IMG/VR virus record: IMGVR_UViG_3300031231_000003 | Location: 32,001-96,000 of that record | Direction: 5' to 3' (one strand) | Origin: a virus | DNA length: 64,000 nt | In this document: positions 60,140 to 64,000 of the stretch, piece by piece | Layout of the letters: every line of letters starts with the position of its first letter | How positions within the stretch are numbered: the first letter of the stretch is position 1 | Notes under the pieces: generated by a model | Told to the model about the DNA's origin: nothing | Seen by the model: only the letters and a program-made list of their open reading frames with translations | The model's database searches: none | Made by a program: the position numbers and the translations under genes

Positions 60140-62705
60140 GAAGATTCGAATTCGTATAAACCGACCGGCGATAGGGTATCCCGGATCGATGCTTCAAAAT
60201 ACCTACTCAGAAGATCTGAAGCATTTTTGGCTGAAATGGGAGTTCAAATCGAGCAACGACTTCACAGTCGTTCCTGTTGAACTTCCGAATCCAAAGCCAT
60301 TTTTGACAATCGATTGGAACGGTTCCGTCAATAAAACGGTCGACCAGTTGAAGAACTTCAAGGCTGGTTCAAGGGTTCGTATCAAGTCTGATGCAAAGAT
60401 CCCACTTAAGTACTCAACGAAGCTCGTTTCAACGATCAAGAACGAGATGGGAGCATCGGAGGTCATCTTCAAGGAAGAACAGGCAACCGACATCTCTCGA
60501 ATCAACATGGGTTCCGTTCAGTTGCTTCGTACGGATCTGAGGAATTCGGACGTATTGTTTCAGCTTTTAAAGGAACATTACAAGTCATCCGAAATGCATG
60601 AGGATGAATGGGTGAAGATCTACGATCTTCTTCGTAAGTACGTCTCGATTCTCACGAGCGAGGATGTGATGAGGAACGTCAAATGGTCATTGAGAAGACT
60701 TCGCTTCAACAACATGTATTCCTATGGCGAAGATAACACGATCAATTTCGATGCATTGTCGGGCCTCGTAGGTATATTCGGGCCAAACAGAAGCGGCAAG
60801 TCTTCAATTCTCGGAACCCTAATGTACGGGTTGTTCAATGCGACCGATAGAGGTCCAATCAAGAACATGTTGCTGTGCAACACTCGTAAGCAATCATGCT
60901 CATCAAAGATCGTGATCAAGCTCGGGGGTCGTGATTACCTCGTTGAGCGTTCAACGAACAAGAAGTCGAACAAGCAGGGTGACATCTCCGCCGCGACGAA
61001 CCTCAGGATTTGGGAACTCATCGATGGAAAACCTGTTGAAAGCACGGGGGAGCAACGTTCAGACACCGAGAAAACGCTGAGAAAGCTCATCGGAACGTCG
61101 GATGATTTTCATTTGATGTCGATATCGACGCAGCGAGATGATAATTCAATCCTCGAACACGGGTCCACGAAAAGACGACAGATCATTTCAAGGTTCCTTG
61201 ACATTGACGTCCTCCAGCAGATCCATGAACTTGCACGTGATGATGTTCGTGAACAAAAAGGTCTCATCAAGAACCTGAACGAGGATTTGAATGAATCAAT
61301 AAACGATAGACGTAACGTGTCATCCAATCTCGATCAACAGATTGAACTCAACGTTTCTAATCTCGAAAGTTCACGTGAAAGGTTGTTCGATCTAAAGACT
61401 CAGCTCGCAGCTTTCAAGGGATTCAAGCATGTTTCGATCGAGGAGCTCGAATCACACCGTGAATCGATCGACGAGTTGAACGGAAAATTATCGAAGGTTG
61501 TTTCAAGCATTGAAAAAGCGGGAAGGGACTTACAAGAAACGGATGAAAAAATAGAACGTGTTTCGACGGTTCTTCAGGATTACGATCTTGTGACGATGAA
61601 GCAACAGCTCGATTCATTCAAGAAGCTGCGTTCAAGCGTCAATTCGATGCTTCAAGCGTACACGAACGAGAACAACTCGTTCGAACGTAGCAAGAAGACG
61701 ATCAAGATCCTGCAAGACGTTCCTTGTGGCGATTCGTTTCCAACGTGTAAGTTCATCAAGGATGCTCATGACCTGAAACCAACGCTGGACGATCAACGTG
61801 ATCGAGTAAATTCTTTGAAACGATCGTACGATGAAGCGAATCAATCGCTCGGCGGTATCGATGAAAAAAAGATGGTCGACAACGTTTCGAAGGTTGAATC
61901 GTTGAAGGAAAAACTGGGACAATTGAAGTTGAACAAGGCTCAGCTCGAAACCCAATTGACAAGGCTCAATCACAACAGGAACGAGATTCAGCGAACTTTG
62001 GACGTTGCGATCAATGAATTCGAGGATCTCGAATCAAGGACCGACAAAAAGAAGAACGATGAACTGACCTCACTTAAATCATTGATCTTTTCTGCCGAAG
62101 CCGGAATATCCGTCTTGGAAAAAGCGAATATCTCTTTGGCAACACAAAAAGGTAAGATTGAATCCGAGATCGAACGTTTGTTGAAGGATCAAAAGAGACG
62201 AATCGATATCCTTCAAAGGATGAAGTACCACGAGGTGATCGAATCCAGCTTTTCAAAGAATGGAATTCAGGATGCGATCCTCTCATCAATGCTTCCTGCG
62301 ATCAATGAAGAGGTTGCAAAGATCCTCAATGGAATCGTGAACTTCACCGTTGAGCTCGAGAAGCTACCGAATGATGATCAAATCGACATCTACATAAACT
62401 ATGGTGATGGTGACAAGAGGGTTCTCGAACTCGGAAGCGGCATGGAAAAGTTCATCAGTTCAATCGTTCTACGAGTTGCATTGAACAACATCTCCACCTT
62501 ACCGAAGAGCGATGTGTTCTTCATCGACGAAGGATTCGGGTCGTTGGATGCGAGCAGCGTGGAGGAGTGTTCAACATTGCTTCAATCTCTGAAGAAGTAC
62601 TTCAAGACGATCATTGTCATCACACACGTTGACGTGATGAAGGACATCGTCGATTCCACGATTGAGATCACACGAAACGGAAAGGACTCACATGTCTCGT
62701 GTTGA
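60132..62705 (+). CDS. Mre11 C-terminal fragment fused to Rad50/SbcC ATPase
   Basis: N-terminal YPGS..Q..E and capping-like domain; GPNRSGKSS, Q-loop, coiled coil, C..FPTC hook-like, SGMEK, FIDEGFG and ITH. Confidence 0.92.
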   Translation: MSKKIRIRINRPAIGYPGSMLQNTYSEDLKHFWLKWEFKSSNDFTVVPVELPNPKPFLTIDWNGSVNKTVDQLKNFKAGSRVRIKSDAKIPLKYSTKLVSTIKNEMGASEVIFKEEQATDISRINMGSVQLLRTDLRNSDVLFQLLKEHYKSSEMHEDEWVKIYDLLRKYVSILTSEDVMRNVKWSLRRLRFNNMYSYGEDNTINFDALSGLVGIFGPNRSGKSSILGTLMYGLFNATDRGPIKNMLLCNTRKQSCSSKIVIKLGGRDYLVERSTNKKSNKQGDISAATNLRIWELIDGKPVESTGEQRSDTEKTLRKLIGTSDDFHLMSISTQRDDNSILEHGSTKRRQIISRFLDIDVLQQIHELARDDVREQKGLIKNLNEDLNESINDRRNVSSNLDQQIELNVSNLESSRERLFDLKTQLAAFKGFKHVSIEELESHRESIDELNGKLSKVVSSIEKAGRDLQETDEKIERVSTVLQDYDLVTMKQQLDSFKKLRSSVNSMLQAYTNENNSFERSKKTIKILQDVPCGDSFPTCKFIKDAHDLKPTLDDQRDRVNSLKRSYDEANQSLGGIDEKKMVDNVSKVESLKEKLGQLKLNKAQLETQLTRLNHNRNEIQRTLDVAINEFEDLESRTDKKKNDELTSLKSLIFSAEAGISVLEKANISLATQKGKIESEIERLLKDQKRRIDILQRMKYHEVIESSFSKNGIQDAILSSMLPAINEEVAKILNGIVNFTVELEKLPNDDQIDIYINYGDGDKRVLELGSGMEKFISSIVLRVALNNISTLPKSDVFFIDEGFGSLDASSVEECSTLLQSLKKYFKTIIVITHVDVMKDIVDSTIEITRNGKDSHVSC

Positions 62706-62997
62706 CAAGTTCGAACCGTACCTGAACGATAGATTGATCCTCAAGAAGGAAAATTACGTTTTGATCAAACCGAATCGTGAATCGAGGTTGATTCCACTCG
62801 GTTGTTCGGTATGTGAATTCTTATACAGGACTCACAACGATGAGAAGGCACACGAAACGTACGGGTGTTGTCACAGATGTGCTGAGGTGTTCGTGTACCC
62901 TGATCGAAAACGATGGTCAAAAGGATGGCGACCGAATGAAGATCAGATCAAAAGAGACGTCGAATCACGACAATCTTTATCGATCATGATGAAGTAA
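62662..62997 (+). CDS. Cys-rich hypothetical protein (Zn finger)
   Basis: CSVC..GCCHRC..W..GWRP. Confidence 0.65.
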   Translation: MRSHETERTHMSRVDKFEPYLNDRLILKKENYVLIKPNRESRLIPLGCSVCEFLYRTHNDEKAHETYGCCHRCAEVFVYPDRKRWSKGWRPNEDQIKRDVESRQSLSIMMK

Positions 62998-62998
62998 A

Positions 62999-63583
62999 AT
63001 GCGTAATTACGATTGGTTCAAAAAAACTTACGATTATATCGTTTACGATGTTCGAAATAACTTGCTGATTGCGGATTTCGAAGTTCATCATATTTTGCCG
63101 CGCTCTTTGGGTGGTTTGGATTCTCTCGAAAACAGAGTTAGATTAACGTATCGTCAACATTTCATTTGTCATTGGTTACTTTGGAAAATGTCGACCGGGA
63201 AAGATCGTGAAAAGATGGCACTTGCGTTCAAGTTCATGAAAGAAGGCCAACAAGGAAAATTTGTTGTATTGAATTCAATAACGTTCGCCAGAGTGAAGAA
63301 GGAAGCTTCACTTTTTCAGAGCAATCGACAAATTGGGATTAAAAAGCCGTATTTGAATGGAAATCAATTCGCAAGACACAAGCATACTCCCGAACAAAAT
63401 TTGAGAAAAAGTAAACGTCAAATTGGTGGTAAAAGAAAACCCGAAACGATTGAGAGGATGAAAATTGCACAAAGTAAATCCGAAACTAAAAATCAAATTA
63501 GAGAACAATTGAAACGATATTGGGCAAAATGGCGCGTAGATAACAATCGTAAACCTCGTATCGGTGATGAAAAATATTTATGA
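62999..63583 (+). CDS. HNH homing endonuclease with NUMOD3
   Basis: EVHHILPRSLGG.D..N.V.LTYRQHFICHWLL; KHTPE and RKPETIERMK. Confidence 0.85.
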   Translation: MRNYDWFKKTYDYIVYDVRNNLLIADFEVHHILPRSLGGLDSLENRVRLTYRQHFICHWLLWKMSTGKDREKMALAFKFMKEGQQGKFVVLNSITFARVKKEASLFQSNRQIGIKKPYLNGNQFARHKHTPEQNLRKSKRQIGGKRKPETIERMKIAQSKSETKNQIREQLKRYWAKWRVDNNRKPRIGDEKYL

Positions 63584-63584
63584 T

Positions 63585-64000
63585 ATGGACATTGATCAAT
63601 TATTAAAGGATGAAGAACTTGAGTTTGATCCTTTAGCGAATAAACTTGATAAAGGAGTTGATTCTGAGAATCAAGATATTGACTATTCAGCTCTCGCGCA
63701 AAGTTTTGATACGTCGTGGGGGAGATCTTCTACGCCGAAAACGGCTCAATTCTCCGTAAAATTCCAGCTCGATGGTGCGAATCGAATGATCGCAAGTTAC
63801 TGTGCAATCGTCAATTTTGCAAGCGAACGTGACATGATTGAGCAAAAGCGAAGGTACGCATCTGAATCAACTGATATCTTGAAGGCTCACGTCAAGTTCA
63901 TTAAGGACCGTTACAAGGGACTTTGTGGAAAGACGCTCAGTGTCGACGAGATGTTCACAAGTGATTCCGTTGAATGTATCTCAATGAACTTTTATAATCC
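63585..64000 (+). CDS. Hypothetical protein, runs off the window edge
   Basis: ATG 3 nt after TATTTAT; MDIDQLL..ALAQSFDTSWGRSSTPKTAQFSVKF, reads open towards the window end. Confidence 0.65.
   Translation, partial: MDIDQLLKDEELEFDPLANKLDKGVDSENQDIDYSALAQSFDTSWGRSSTPKTAQFSVKFQLDGANRMIASYCAIVNFASERDMIEQKRRYASESTDILKAHVKFIKDRYKGLCGKTLSVDEMFTSDSVECISMNFYN

Noticed and set aside
59820-60190. Split intein or group I intron in Mre11
   Set aside because: No N-terminal Cys/Ser block or His-Asn-Cys/Ser/Thr junction, and no recognisable group I core. The spacer is fully occupied by an overlap-coupled ORF. RT-PCR would still be the definitive test.

Overview
64 kb segment of a large (jumbo/'huge') tailed dsDNA phage. 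The basis is dense gene packing with ATGA overlaps, two tRNAs, PIN-PhoH, a GroEL-like protein, a DinG-type helicase, a RuvC-like resolvase, a primase, Mre11/Rad50, a baseplate/tail-like structural block and about nine free-standing homing endonuclease genes (HEGs). Layout: 1-13.5 kb is a glycosylation island (sugar dehydratase, RmlD-like reductase, several glycosyltransferases, two SAM methyltransferases); 14-22 kb is core accessory/replication genes; 22-38 kb and 46-49 kb are virion-structure-like genes interleaved with HEGs; 40-46 kb is small early/membrane genes; 49-64 kb is DNA metabolism plus eukaryote-like glycan enzymes. Main findings: (1) the Mre11/SbcD nuclease is split into two genes without intein motifs, with an acidic tail on one half and a basic head on the other, and the second half fused to Rad50; (2) a dispersed family of about 10 small 'L-R/L-P-G-D' proteins is wedged between genes, and one member sits in the Mre11 split; (3) a GIY-YIG HEG insertion duplicated the PhoH C-terminus; (4) two promoter classes give near-leaderless mRNAs; (5) a collagen-GH5 fibre appears to lack the nucleophile Glu; (6) there is a tRNA-Ile(UAU). 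At least six frameshifts at homopolymer runs are most likely sequencing indels. All family calls come from motifs recognised by eye; no database searches were run.
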